NCBI RefSeq assembly: GCF_009914755.1 | Contig: NC_060932.1 | Strand: one strand, 5' to 3' | Source of the DNA: the human T2T-CHM13v2.0 reference genome, Homo sapiens | Length of the DNA: 64,000 nt | In this document: positions 1 through 13,380 of the stretch, piece by piece | How positions within the stretch are numbered: position 1 is the first letter of the stretch | Layout of the letters: each line of letters begins with the position of its first letter | Program-made: the position numbers and the translations under genes | Notes under the pieces: generated by a model | The model's input: only the letters and a program-made list of their open reading frames with translations | What the model was told of the DNA's origin: nothing | The model's database searches: none

Positions 1-206
1 TAATATTTTTGTTTTCTAAGGGCAAATTTTAGCTCATACATGAACTGTTGTGCTGAATTTGAATAATATCTTTGGAGCTGAAATATTTTTTAATGTTTTA
101 AAATTAATCAAAAGATGATAATTACATGACTTTTACTGAAAACAATATTGACATATGAGGAGGGGAGGATTAAAAAGTTATCTTCTCTAGAGTTACCTAA
201 AAGCTA

Positions 207-513
<307 letters not shown>

Positions 514-581
514 GTTATTGGCCTCAAATATTCCAAAAATGTCATTACTACAGCGCATTTCTCTCTCCTTACGTTTTGCAG

Positions 582-879
582 TTACTGGCCAACACCTTCC
601 CAAGAACAAGCGTCCAAAAGAACCAGGAGAGAATAGAATCAAACCTACCAACAAGAAGGTGAAGCCCAAAATTCCTAAAATGAAGGACAGGGACTCAGCC
701 AATTCAGCACCAAAGACGCAGTCTATCATGATGCAAGTGCTGGATAAAGGTCGCTTCCAGAAACCCGCCGCTACCCTGAGTCTGCTGGCGGGGCAAACTG
801 TAGAGCTTCGATGTAAAGGGAGTAGAATTGGGTGGAGCTACCCTGCGTATCTGGACACCTTTAAGGATTCTCGCCTCAG
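582..879 (+). CDS. PDGFRL: PDGFRL coding exon (first in window; (V)TGQHLPKNKRPK...DTFKDSRL(S)), start of first Ig-like region
   Basis: Polypyrimidine tract + ttgcAG at 580-581; donor cag|GTaagc at 880; 298 bp, phase 1 to phase 2; translation matches recalled PDGF receptor-like protein. Confidence 0.97.
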
Positions 880-1063
880 GTAAGCATTTTTTTTTAAAAC
901 TGTGTAGGGTTGAGGATTTGTAATAGTTAACAAAATTCCTTCTTAACTATTATTACACATTGTTTCTGACATGTTCCATTTTACCCTAATAGATCATAAA
1001 AATAGAAGCTCAAAGGGCAAAAGTCACAGATTTTATTTCTTTACCCAGTTAATAACAATTGCA

Positions 1064-1349
1064 GGCCGGGTGCGGTGGCTCATGCCTGTAATCCCAGCAC
1101 TTTGGGAGGCCGAGGTGGGCGGATCACGAGGTCAGGAGATCAAGGCTATCCTGGCTAACCCGGTGAAATCCCGTCTCTATTAAAAATACAGAAAATTAGC
1201 TGGGCGTGGTGGCAGGTGCCTGTAGTCCCAGCTACTCAGGAGGCTGAGGCAGGAGAATGGTGCGAACCTGGGAGGTGGAGCTTGCATTGAGCCGAGATTG
1301 TGCCAGTGCACTCCATCCAGCCTGGGTGACAGAGAGCGAGACTCCATCT

Positions 1350-1398
<49 letters not shown>
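1064..1398 (+). mobile_element. AluY-like with 48-nt pure A tail
   Basis: gagaatggtgcgaacc/ggagcttgca diagnostic segments; A run 1351-1398; AATTGCA on both sides. Confidence 0.93.
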
Positions 1399-1401
<3 letters not shown>

Positions 1402-1571
1402 CAAATCCTACCAACATTTGCTGAAAGAGTGAAATTTTACAGGAAACCATGTGACAAAACCATATGACAATTTTCTATGAAAATGTATGATGTGTGGAAT
1501 TTTATGGGAAACCAAAATGTTATAGAAAACTATTATGCATAGAGATGGATGTTTAAAAATTCATATTGTGT

Positions 1572-1870
1572 GGCCAGGTGCAGTGGCTCATGCCTGTAAT
1601 CCCAGCCCTTTGGGAGGCCAAAGCAGGCAGATCACTTGAGGCCAGGAGTTGGAGATTAGCCTGGCCAACATGGTGAAACCCCGTCTCTACAAGAAATATA
1701 AATTAGCCAGATGTGGTAGCATGCACCTGCAATTCCAGTTACTCAGGCAGAGCTGAGGCAGAAGAGTCGCTTGAACCCGGGATGCAGAGGTTACAGTGAG
1801 CCGAGTTCGTACCACCGCACTCCAGCCTGGGTGACAGAGTGAAACTCCGTCTCAAAAAAATAAAAAAAAA
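1572..1870 (+). mobile_element. Alu (S-type)
   Basis: Dimeric Alu consensus + A tail. Confidence 0.92.
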
Positions 1871-2030
1871 TCATACCATGAAAGTTAATGGACTCAATGT
1901 TTTATGTTGTTTTTTTAAGTAATCATAATGAAAACTGAAATGACCTAACAGGAGATTTCTGTGAGCAACTTGACCAGATATCAACTTCAACTACTTTTCA
2001 ACTGCTTCTCATTATTATTATTACTATTAA

Positions 2031-2356
<326 letters not shown>

Positions 2357-2780
2357 CTATGACTGTTACATTCAGAGGCCTCAACTGGTAAGAAGGCCCA
2401 TGATTTCTCATGTTTGAATGAGTACCTTCAGGAGGCTAGGCTTCTAGACCAGGAAGAGTGGTTACCATGGTGACAGCGGCAAGTGTGAGAAGCAAGAAAG
2501 AAACACGTGCTTCCTGGGGTGCTGGGAGGAACCTGAGCATGGGCTCTGCGTCAGGGGGTGTGTACGGGGTTACAGTCCTGTGCACCTTGGTGAAGTCTCC
2601 TAAACTCTGCCAGTTCTCAGTTTCCTTATGTGTAGAATGAAGGGTAGGGGATGACATGATTTCTAAGATTCTTTCTGGCCCTATTTCCGTATATGATGGA
2701 GAAATAGGATGGACTTACAATGGAGAAATACCAGATGTTGTCTGAGATGACAAGAATGGGAGAAAGAAAGCCTGCAGGCA

Positions 2781-3080
2781 GGCTGGGCACGGTGGCTCAC
2801 GCCTGTAATCCCAGCACTTTGGGAGGCCAAGGCGGGCGGATCGTCATGAGGTCAAGAGATTGATACCATCCTAGCCAACATTGTGAAACCCCATCTCTAC
2901 TAACAATATAAAAATTAGCTGGGCGTGGTGCATGTCTCTAGTCCCAGCTACTCGGAAGGCTGAGGCAGGAGGGGATTGCTTGAACCTGGGAGGCGGAGGT
3001 TGCAGTGAGCCGAGATCAGGCCACTGTGCTCCAGCCTAGCAACATCGCGATACTGTGTCTCAAAAAAGAAACAAAGAAAG
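2781..3080 (+). mobile_element. Alu (Sc-like)
   Basis: Alu consensus; TSD aaagaaag(c/g)ctgcag. Confidence 0.9.
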
Positions 3081-3313
3081 AAAGGCTGCAGAGGGCAGGT
3101 ATCTCAGACTCTGCATGTTCACAACGATTTATATTTCCACACAAACTGTGTTTCTGCAGAAATTCATCTCCCTCAAGGACATCATTATCCACTTGGTTAC
3201 CCAACCAGAAGACTGGGCGGCATCCATGCCTCCTCCCTCTCCCCCACACTCTCCACATCCCATCGGTCACCAAGTTAAGCCAGTTCAGCCTTCATTTTAA
3301 CATTTCAAAATTC

Positions 3314-3394
3314 TGAGTTTGGTGCAAAAATAATAGCTGTTCTTACCGTGAAAAGTAATGATGAAAAACCACCATTGCTTTTGCGCCAACCTAA
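3314..3394. mobile_element. MADE1 (Hsmar1-derived ~80-bp MITE), diverged
   Basis: ttggtgcaaaaataatagc ... attgcttttgcgccaacctaa-TA matches the MADE1 TIR consensus TTAGGTTGGTGCAAAAGTAATTGCGG. Confidence 0.85.
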
Positions 3395-4052
3395 TACATG
3401 ACTCAGTTCCCTCTTCATAGCACTTGAGCCTTCTTCCAGGAATGGGAATCTGTCCATTTGCATTCCTGGAGTCACTGTCCCCTGTCTGAGGCGCTCTTCT
3501 CTCCCATCTCTGATACTGCGGTGACCACACCTGGGCTAGGGCTTCTCACTGCCGCTGGAGCAACACTTAAAAGTCAGAGTTCAGCGTGTGGCTTCCCTGC
3601 TCACCACTCGGTGGATGCCCTTGGGGATAAAGTCCAGCATGCTCATATGGTAGTGAGGCCCTCGCTGACCTCTGCCGTCCTCTGGAGTCACCTCTAATCT
3701 CGATCAGACACTCTGCTTTCGCTGCCCTGGGCTCCTGTGAGATTCTCAAAAGCGCCAGGCTCCTGGGGACTTCGAGTTTGCTCTTTCATAGCCAGGAACA
3801 CTCTTGGGCCCCTGAGCACCGGGCTAACCTCAGGCATCACTGTCTCTGGGAAACCCATGGCAGGCCCCCCCAGCTATGTGTTCCCACAGCACTTGCTGTT
3901 TCCTCTTCCCAGCTCTCTTCACACTGAAAACTACTATTATTTTCTTTCAACATCTTTGTTTTTCACTGAGACTTAGCTGAGTGGTTGGCGGTTAGCTTTC
4001 TCTATTAATGTTTGACTGACAAGCCTCCCTGATACATTTGTCCTTCTTAAAC

Positions 4053-4100
4053 CCACATACACGCGCACACACACACACACACACTACTCTACACACACAC
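4053..4100. repeat. Imperfect (CA)n microsatellite
   Basis: cacatacacgcgcacacacacacacacacactactctacacacacac. Confidence 0.9.
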
Positions 4101-4423
4101 CTTGAGAGTAAATAAAAATAGACGTATAAGTGATATTAAACTGTCTACTTATCTCTCTTATCCTGTTGTATTAAGACATCTTTCACATTTTTATTCTGAC
4201 TCTACCCTCTAGCATTGTGGATATAACAGGATAGAGTCCTTCTTAAAGGTGAGTGGGCTGGATGTGGATTGGAGAGGGAGAAAGTGAATCCGTTCTTCCT
4301 GTTTCCCTTTCCACACTTGAAGTGCGTAAGAGGGAACGTATGGATATTCTGCTTGGAAGAAATCTGGAAAGGCTTACCACTATATATATTTATGTGCAGT
4401 AAAAAACATATAACATAGGTTTA

Positions 4424-5050
<627 letters not shown>

Positions 5051-5358
5051 AATAATTTTGAAGTGTACAGTATTGTTAACTATAGGCACATGGTTGTATA
5101 ATAGACCTCTAGACCGTTTTCATCTTGCATGGCCGAAACTATGTGCCCACTGAACCCCTCTCCTAGCATTCTTTCCTGGCAGTCACCTTGCTACTGGCTG
5201 TTTCTATGAGTTTGACAACTCTAGGTACCCCATATAAATGGAACATGCAGCGTATTTTTTTTTTTTGTTACTGACGTATTTCCCACAGCATGATGTCCTC
5301 AAAGTTCTTTGATGTTGCAGCCTATGACGTGGTTTCCTCTTTGTTTAAGGCTGAGTAA

Positions 5359-5975
<617 letters not shown>

Positions 5976-6144
5976 TAGACTACATTTTTGTAATCCATCA
6001 TCCAGCGATAGGCATTTAGGCTCCTTCCACCTTCTGGCTGTTGTGAATGCTGCAGTGAACATGGATGTGCATATATTTCTTTGAGATTCTGCTTTTAATT
6101 CTTTTGGATGTATACCCGCAAGTGGGATTTACCACATACATTTT

Positions 6145-7515
6145 TTTTTTTCCTGATGTACATCCTGATGTTGATTTTACTGTTTGTGTTTTGAATACAC
6201 AAGCCGGGTCAGGAGCAGTGAGATTTGCCAGCACTCAGGGCCCTATGGGTCTTGGGCCAGCTCTGGATGGAGGGACAGCCCCACATGCCCAGAGCAAGGC
6301 CCCCCATTAAGGGACTGCAGCCACCTCCAGGGACTCCGCCCTCCACTCACCTGCTCCCAAATGCCAGAGGGAGCCTCCTTGCCCTCCCTCCCTGCCCACC
6401 ATCCCCTCAACCATCAGCCTGGCATTCAAAGCCTTTCCAAGTTCCACTTGAGTTTTCCTGCTCCCAAAGGTGCCCAGGCTCTGGGCAGGCCCAGCTCATA
6501 TCCCTGATGGTGGCACATTCTCTGGAGGACCCTCCTGTTCTCGGGTAGGGGCTATGCCCCACCTAGGTAGCCGCCCTATTTTGGATCCTGTAGGATCTCT
6601 AAAACCCAGCTCTGGCCCCAACTTTCTGTCTGGCCTGGAGGTTTCTCAGCCTCCTGAGAACTCTCCTGGGCCCTGGTCTGGGCAGAACCTGGAACTAAAC
6701 AAACAAGAGCCAGGGCAGCCAGGGTCTCTGCGTGGCTGAGCCCAGGGCTTGACCTCAGAGCTCCCCTGTCCAACAGGAGAGGAGTGTGCCTCCACCTTCC
6801 CTACTGCCCGCCCCTTTTTCAGGGTCTCAGGGCCTCTAGCCCTGTGGTGGTGCGGGGGTGCTGGGTACCCCAGGTAGAGCTAAGGTTATGGGGCTGTTGA
6901 GGAGTTGGCGTCCACCTGGAGTCTGTCCAGTGAGTTTAGGTCAACAGGTGTGCAGCCTGCCCTTCGAGGCTGAGCCACCTCCCAACAGCCTGTACAACTC
7001 GAGGGGCCTTTTGAGGGAGGGGCAGGCAGGCCCAATGGGTAGTCAACCCAAGGTGAACCCACCCACCATGGCCAGGGTTCCTCAGGTTGAGCCTCCAGTG
7101 GGTGAAACCTGGGAGTCCTCAACCTTACTGGCAGATGGGGCCGTTGACAAGAGGAGGTGGGTGAGGCCTCCACAGACTCCACCCTGTGGTATCACACAGC
7201 TGGCAGCCAATGGGAAGCAACCAGCCAGGAAGCCCCAGAGTTACCCTTGCTGGGTACCCTTGCTGGGGGACCTGGGCCATCCCAGTTTGTGAGAAGTGGC
7301 CGGAGGCAGTTAGGAGCCCACATTCAATCCAAGGCCGTCCACTGAGCCCCGTGTGACTCTGACCGGGCTGGGGGTGTCCATGTCCTCTCTGGACCTCAGT
7401 TCCTGTAAAATGGCCCACTGGCCAGATCGGCTGCCAGGCTGCTCACAGGCACATGGGCTGCACGTAACTCCGTGGGAAGAAGCCAACGCGCCCGCAGGAC
7501 CGGCCCTGCCTCCAA
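6145..7515 (-). pseudogene. 5'-truncated processed pseudogene (retrocopy) of GRAP: last 23 codons of the C-terminal SH3 domain + 3' UTR + poly(A)
   Basis: Minus strand 7514-7443 translates WRQGRSCGRVGFFPRSYVQPMCL*, vs recalled GRAP C-terminus WWRGRSCGRVGFFPRSYVQPVHL*; poly(T) 6141-6151; AGTAAA at 6181-6176; TSD TACCAC(A/G)TACATTTT at 6130-6144 and 7516-7530. Confidence 0.9.
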
Positions 7516-7947
7516 TACCACGTACATTTTAAACGACCTTATTCACCAAAGTCAGATTCATGCACTTTTTATAAAAAAACAGAATTGATATAATTTAAAT
7601 TATTCTGAACATTTAGTCTTTGACTTCCTACACAAAGCATCTTAAGCTTAGAGGATTCCATGCTTGAAGTTTTAGTATTTTCTAAGAGTATTTTCAAATA
7701 TATCTAAATTATATATTAAAATGCATTTGAAAACATTTTAAAGACTCTAAAGTGAGCGTTAATCTGAAGAGAAATATTCAGCATGTGAAAAAACAAATTT
7801 TGACTCTTTGAATAGTGTTCATTCGAAGCACAGCAAGAGCCTTAGAAGAAAGTAATGACAGATGTGGGCTTCCAAAAACTTATGAAACATTGTGAAAAAA
7901 TGTGAAAAACATCTAGTCATAGCTGTATCAACCACAGATGTGCTATT

Positions 7948-7966
7948 TGCCCTCAAGGGGGCACGA
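7948..7966 (+). promoter_or_regulatory. Candidate CTCF site
   Basis: TGCCCTCAAGGGGGCACGA aligns with the CTCF core TGGCCACCAGGGGGCGCTA at 14/19 positions. Confidence 0.4.
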
Positions 7967-8036
7967 TGTATTTCACACCAGAGATTCAAGAAACGGACTC
8001 TTGACATCGTTCCCAGAACGTGGTGCCTTTGGATAG

Positions 8037-8455
<419 letters not shown>

Positions 8456-9811
8456 AGCCTTGTAGTTATAACCAATATTGTTGGCTTTCTGGAAGCACGA
8501 CCACATTTATCCGAATGTAATCTTCTGACTGCTTCATCTTTTCCTACTAAATTGTGAAATGTTCTTGACACTCACCTACAAAAGCAGGCCAACAGAGAGA
8601 GCAATTAATGAAGAAGAAGGAGATCTAATGAACTTTAGAGCTCTAGGAAGTAAAATGCCCAAGTAGAGAAAAATGCAGTATACATTTTTTTTTTCCCAAA
8701 GTGCTGGGAATGTCACAGTTGCTTACTAAATACTTCAATGAATTGATGTATCTGGCTTTATTCATCAGTGATTTTGGTAAATGATTAAAACACAATATGA
8801 AGAAAACATTCATGGCACCCAAATATAATTTGGCATCTCTCTAGGATTGGAGGATGCAGAAATCCATCTCTTCTTACGGATTTTTCACGGTGGTGTTTTA
8901 GCAAGGATGCTGCCTCAGTTTCTTAGCCTGTAAAACAAGATGGTCTCTAAGGACCCACTCAACTATGAATTTGGGATTTGGGAATTTGTTTAAAGCAATA
9001 TTTCAGTAAGTTAATGTGTTGTAACCTGCAGTGATTTCATATGGATTTTTATGTAGATCTCCTTATGATTTTGATGACAATATGGTATTCCATCAATGTT
9101 ATATAGCATTGTGTTCTTACCTAGTTCCCAGCTTGTGCTTTTTGAGTTTTTACTATCATAAATAGTGCATTTATAAACATTATTATATAAATAACTTGAT
9201 CTCATGGTTCATATGTGTAACACAGAGAAAGCATTCAATTTACTCAATAAGGATAAATGTCTTATCCTATATGTTTCCTGCAGTGAGAATAAAGACAAAG
9301 AATGTTGTGGAACAGAGAAGCCAGAGGCTGAGGCACAGCTAGATTTGAATCTTCCGTTTATCACTAACCAGCAAAGTGGTGTGTGATCAGTAGTTTCCCT
9401 AGAACCCAGTTGCCTTATCTGGAATGTGAATATATTATTGCTTATTTGTTTATTTAATTGATTACTTCTTTATAATCTGGGATCTGTGTCCTTCTTCCCT
9501 CCTGAAAGAATAAACCCCTTGAGGGCAAATAACACATCTGTGGTTTATCATCAGATTCCTAGCACCTAGAACAATGTCTGACACATACCAGAGCTCAGGA
9601 AGTATGTTTTGGCTTCCACAGGGGTTTAGGCCGCATGTCAGAAGTCAGTTCTTAGTCATTCATTCATTCAGTATTTAAAGATAATTACTGAGTACTGATG
9701 TGTACACTGCATGTATTGGGAGGTAGGTCAGCTAGGCAAACAACAAAGTATTAATGTATTTCATATCTATGGTGCTGTGTCACCTGGATCCATCCCCATT
9801 GTCTCAGAGCC

Positions 9812-10170
9812 TGATATGGTTTGGCTGTTTCCCCTCCAAAATCTCATCTTGAATTATAGCTCCTGTAATTCCCACATGTTGTGGGAGGGGCCCAGTGGGA
9901 GATAATTGAATCATAAGGGCAGTTCCCCCATACTGTTCTCATGGTAGTTAATACGTCTCACGAGATCACATGGTTTTCTAAGGGGAAACCCGTTTCTCTT
10001 GGTGCTCATTCTGTCTTGCCAGCTACCACGTAAGACATCCCTTGCTCTTCCACCAGGATTGTGAGACCTCCCCAGCCACGTGGAACTGTGAATCCATTCA
10101 ACTTCTTTCCTTTATACATTACTCAGTCTCAGGTATGTCTTTATTAGCAATGTGAGAACAGACTAATACA
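9812..10170 (+). mobile_element. THE1-family (MaLR) solo LTR
   Basis: TGATATGGTTTGGCTG...gaacagactaataCA; 5-bp TSD ga(g/a)cc; 359 bp. Confidence 0.9.
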
Positions 10171-10269
10171 GAACCTATTGTTACTTGACCTCATAGAGCC
10201 GTTAGTCCATTGACTCTCCCTTCTCCCTCTTTATCCACATTGCACCTTTATGTCTTTACTTCTCTCTCT

Positions 10270-10572
10270 CTTTTAAAATTTTATTTTTCCATAAATTATT
10301 GAGGTACAGGTGGCATTTGGTTACATACGTTCTTTAGTGTGAGCCATCAGATCCTGGTGCACCTGTCGTCACCCAAGCAGTATACACTGCACCATATTTG
10401 CATATATGTTATCTTTTATCCCTCACCGCCCCAAACTCTTCCCCCCAAGTCCCTAAAGTCCATTGTATCATTCTTACGCCTTTGTGTCCTCACAGCTTAG
10501 CTCCCACATATCGGTGAGAACTTATGATGTTTTCTATTCCTGAGTTACTTTACTTAGAATAATAGTCTCCAA
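10270..10572 (-). mobile_element. L1PB-type 3' end fragment
   Basis: gtacaggtggcatttggttacat...cttagaataatagtctcca. Confidence 0.8.
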
Positions 10573-10574
10573 TT

Positions 10575-11680
10575 CTGGGCTCTGTCATTTCTACTGAACT
10601 CTTGAATATGTCCTAAGTTCCTTTGCTCTCTGTTCTTCCTTCATTTCCACTTGGAAACTTGCGACCCTAAATGACCCTGTTCATCTACTTTCTCTTGTCT
10701 GCACATGGACCCTGAGGACTGCTGGAAGGAGCCGTACAGCTCGCCACGTGGCCGTGGCTGCCAGTAGATGTGGCCACCTCACGTTTGCTTGGCAAAATCA
10801 ATACATTTCTCTAGAAAGGTCACTTTTTCTCTCTTCTTAAACCTCTCATCTTCATCTCTCTGACTTTCAGCTAATGAAATTATCCCCTAACTTATTAAGA
10901 AATTGGAGCTCTAATCACCTTAAGTTTCTCTGATCATATGTCCTCCTTCCCTGATCTACCAGTGACGGGAAGAAGGATGAGGATTTTCCCTCCTAAGGCC
11001 AAAGCACTATCCGTGCCCTGGATCTCATCTCTACCTACTTTCCCGGGAACTTCGATACATCACTTACTGCCTCTTCATTCTGGATCATCAACATCTCCTT
11101 GAAAAGGATTTATGGGTCCTTTTCATCAATATTCACCAAATTAAGAAATTCTGCCTTGACCCCCATGCACCCTGCAGCCATCTTCCTCTCTGATAACCTT
11201 CACACCCAGTTCCCTGGGAGGAGTCTCTGTCCTCATTGTATTCACTTTTTTTCTTTTTCCTATTCATTCTTCAATAACTCTACCTGACTCCTGGCCCCAT
11301 TACTCCACATGCATTTTTTCACCAAGGTCAACAAGGGCACTAAATCCAGAGTTCGCTTTTCCATGCCTTGAGATTTCCTGCACCAACTCCATTTAGCTGA
11401 GTGAAGCATCGTGTCTTGGCCTTTGCAGTCCTGTGTCCTTCTGGTTTTCTCTCTGTCTCACAGCCCTTCTGGAGTCCTCTTCACCAGCTCTGAATCCTCC
11501 ACTCTTCCAGACATTGAATGTTGGTTCTATACACTCCTCTCTACTTGCTGGCGAATGCCCTCGATTTGTCCTATATTACATTAAACGTTTCTTCTGAGCT
11601 CCAGACTGAGCTACCTAGCTGCCTGCTCACAATATCTGCTTGGATCTTTCATGAGCTTTTATTTACGCTGAACCATCTAT
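10575..11680. mobile_element. Degenerate L2-like sequence
   Basis: CT-rich, ctgagctccagact / cacaatatctgcttggat L2 motifs; boundaries uncertain. Confidence 0.5.
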
Positions 11681-11691
11681 CCTAGCAACAG

Positions 11692-12130
11692 GGGAGGCCA
11701 AGATGGGAGGATCACTTGAGGCCAGGACTTTGAGACCAGCCTGAGCAACACAGCAAGACCCCCATCTCTAAAAAAAAAATTGTTTTAAATTACAGGTGTG
11801 GTGGTACATGCCTGTAGTTGCAGCTACTCAGGATGCCGTGGTGAGAAGATCACTTGGGCCCAGGAGTTTGAGGCTGTAGTGAACTATGATCTGTGACTGC
11901 GCTCCAGCCTGGGCAACAGAGCAAGACCCCATCTCTAAAAAAAAAAAACAAAAAAACCCCTAAAAATTAGCCAGGCATAGTAGTGCACCCCTGTAGTCCC
12001 AGCTACTTGGGAGGCTCGGATGGTAAGATAGTTTGGGCCCAGGAGCTCAAGACTGCAGTGAGCTATGATTGTGCCAGTGCTCTCCAGCCTGGGAGACAGA
12101 GCAAGGCCCATCTCTAAAGAAATAATAAAC
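11692..12130 (+). mobile_element. 5'-truncated AluJ plus an extra right monomer
   Basis: gaggccaagatgggaggatcacttgag..., second aaattagccaggcat... arm at ~11960-12130. Confidence 0.85.
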
Positions 12131-12594
12131 AAACTGAGCTCATGATCTTTCTCCACACCTGGTCATCCTCCTGTGTCCTTCAGTTCAGAGAATGGCACTA
12201 ATTCCATCCAGTTGCTCTTGACCAGAGGCCCGGGAATCACTTGAAAACCACTTTCGTTATTCACTCCCGCATCCAACCAATGATGCTACTATCTAAGCAT
12301 TTCTTGAATTGTCCCACTTCTTCCTATCACAACAGCAGTGACTGTAGTCTCTAACCTTAGAGGGTGTCTGTTTATTCCCTGATGTTTTCCTCACACCCAG
12401 CACAGTCTCCAGCATGCCCCAGGTCCTCCATATGTATTTCTATGAATGAATGGTGCCAGAGGCACTGAGCCTGCAGGGGATCTAAAGTCAGGCCCCTGAG
12501 ATCATGTGACCTGAGACTCTGGGAGCAAGCTCAAAGAACTTTAGACCTGAAAGGGACCTTCTGATTGTTAACTTATACCCCCGTTTTTGTTTTT

Positions 12595-13380
12595 TTTTTT
12601 TTCCTCTTTCCAACTTTTAGGTTGAGCGTGTATATGTGCAGGTTTGTTACGTGGGTAAATTGCATGTCACGAGGGTTTGGTGTAGATTATTTCATTATCC
12701 AGGTAATAAGCTTAGTACCCGATAGGTAGTTTCTCAGTCCTCACCCTCTTCCCACCCTCCACCTTCAAGTGGGCCCCTGTGTCTATAATTCCTGTCTTTG
12801 TGTCGAGGTGTACTGAATGGTTAGCTCCCCTTTAAAAGTGAGAGCATGTGGTATTTAGTCTTCAGTTCCTGTGTTGGTTTACTTAGGATAATGGCCTCCA
12901 GCTGCATCCATGTTGCTGCAAAGGACATGATTTCATTCTTTTTTATGGTTGTGTAGTATTCCATGGTGTGTATGTACCACATTTTCTTTATGCAGTCTAC
13001 TATTGATGGGCATCTAGGTTGATTCCTTGTCTTTGCTCTTGTGACTAGTGCTGCATGAACATAGGAATTCTTGTGCCTTTGTGGTAGAACTATCTATATT
13101 CCTTTGGATACATACTTGGTAATGGGATTGCTGGCCCACATGGTAGCTCTAAGTTCTTCGAGAAATATCCAAACTGCTTTGCACAGTGGCTGAATGAATC
13201 CACATTCCCACCTGCAGTATGTAAACTTCCCCTTTCCTCCATGACCTTGACGGCATCTGTTATTTTTGGCTTTGGTTACTAGCAGTTCTGACCGGTGTGA
13301 GAGGGTATCTCATTGTGGATTTGGTTTGGATTTCTTTAATGATTAGTATGTTGGGCATATTGGCCATGTGTATGTCTTCG
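12595..13380 (-). mobile_element. L1PA/PB 3' end
   Basis: gtgcaggtttgttacgtgggt, ggataatggcctccagctgcatccatgttgctgcaaagg. Confidence 0.88.

Noticed and set aside
518-581. N-terminal [21 protein letters not shown] of ORF 518-883 as the PDGFRL start
   Set aside because: It is intronic read-through over the polypyrimidine tract; the real acceptor is at 580-581 and the signal-peptide exon is outside the window
6184-7418. Several overlapping 60-144 aa Pro/Gly-rich ORFs suggesting a novel small gene
   Set aside because: They arise from the GC-rich retroposed 3' UTR (few stops by composition); none resembles a protein family
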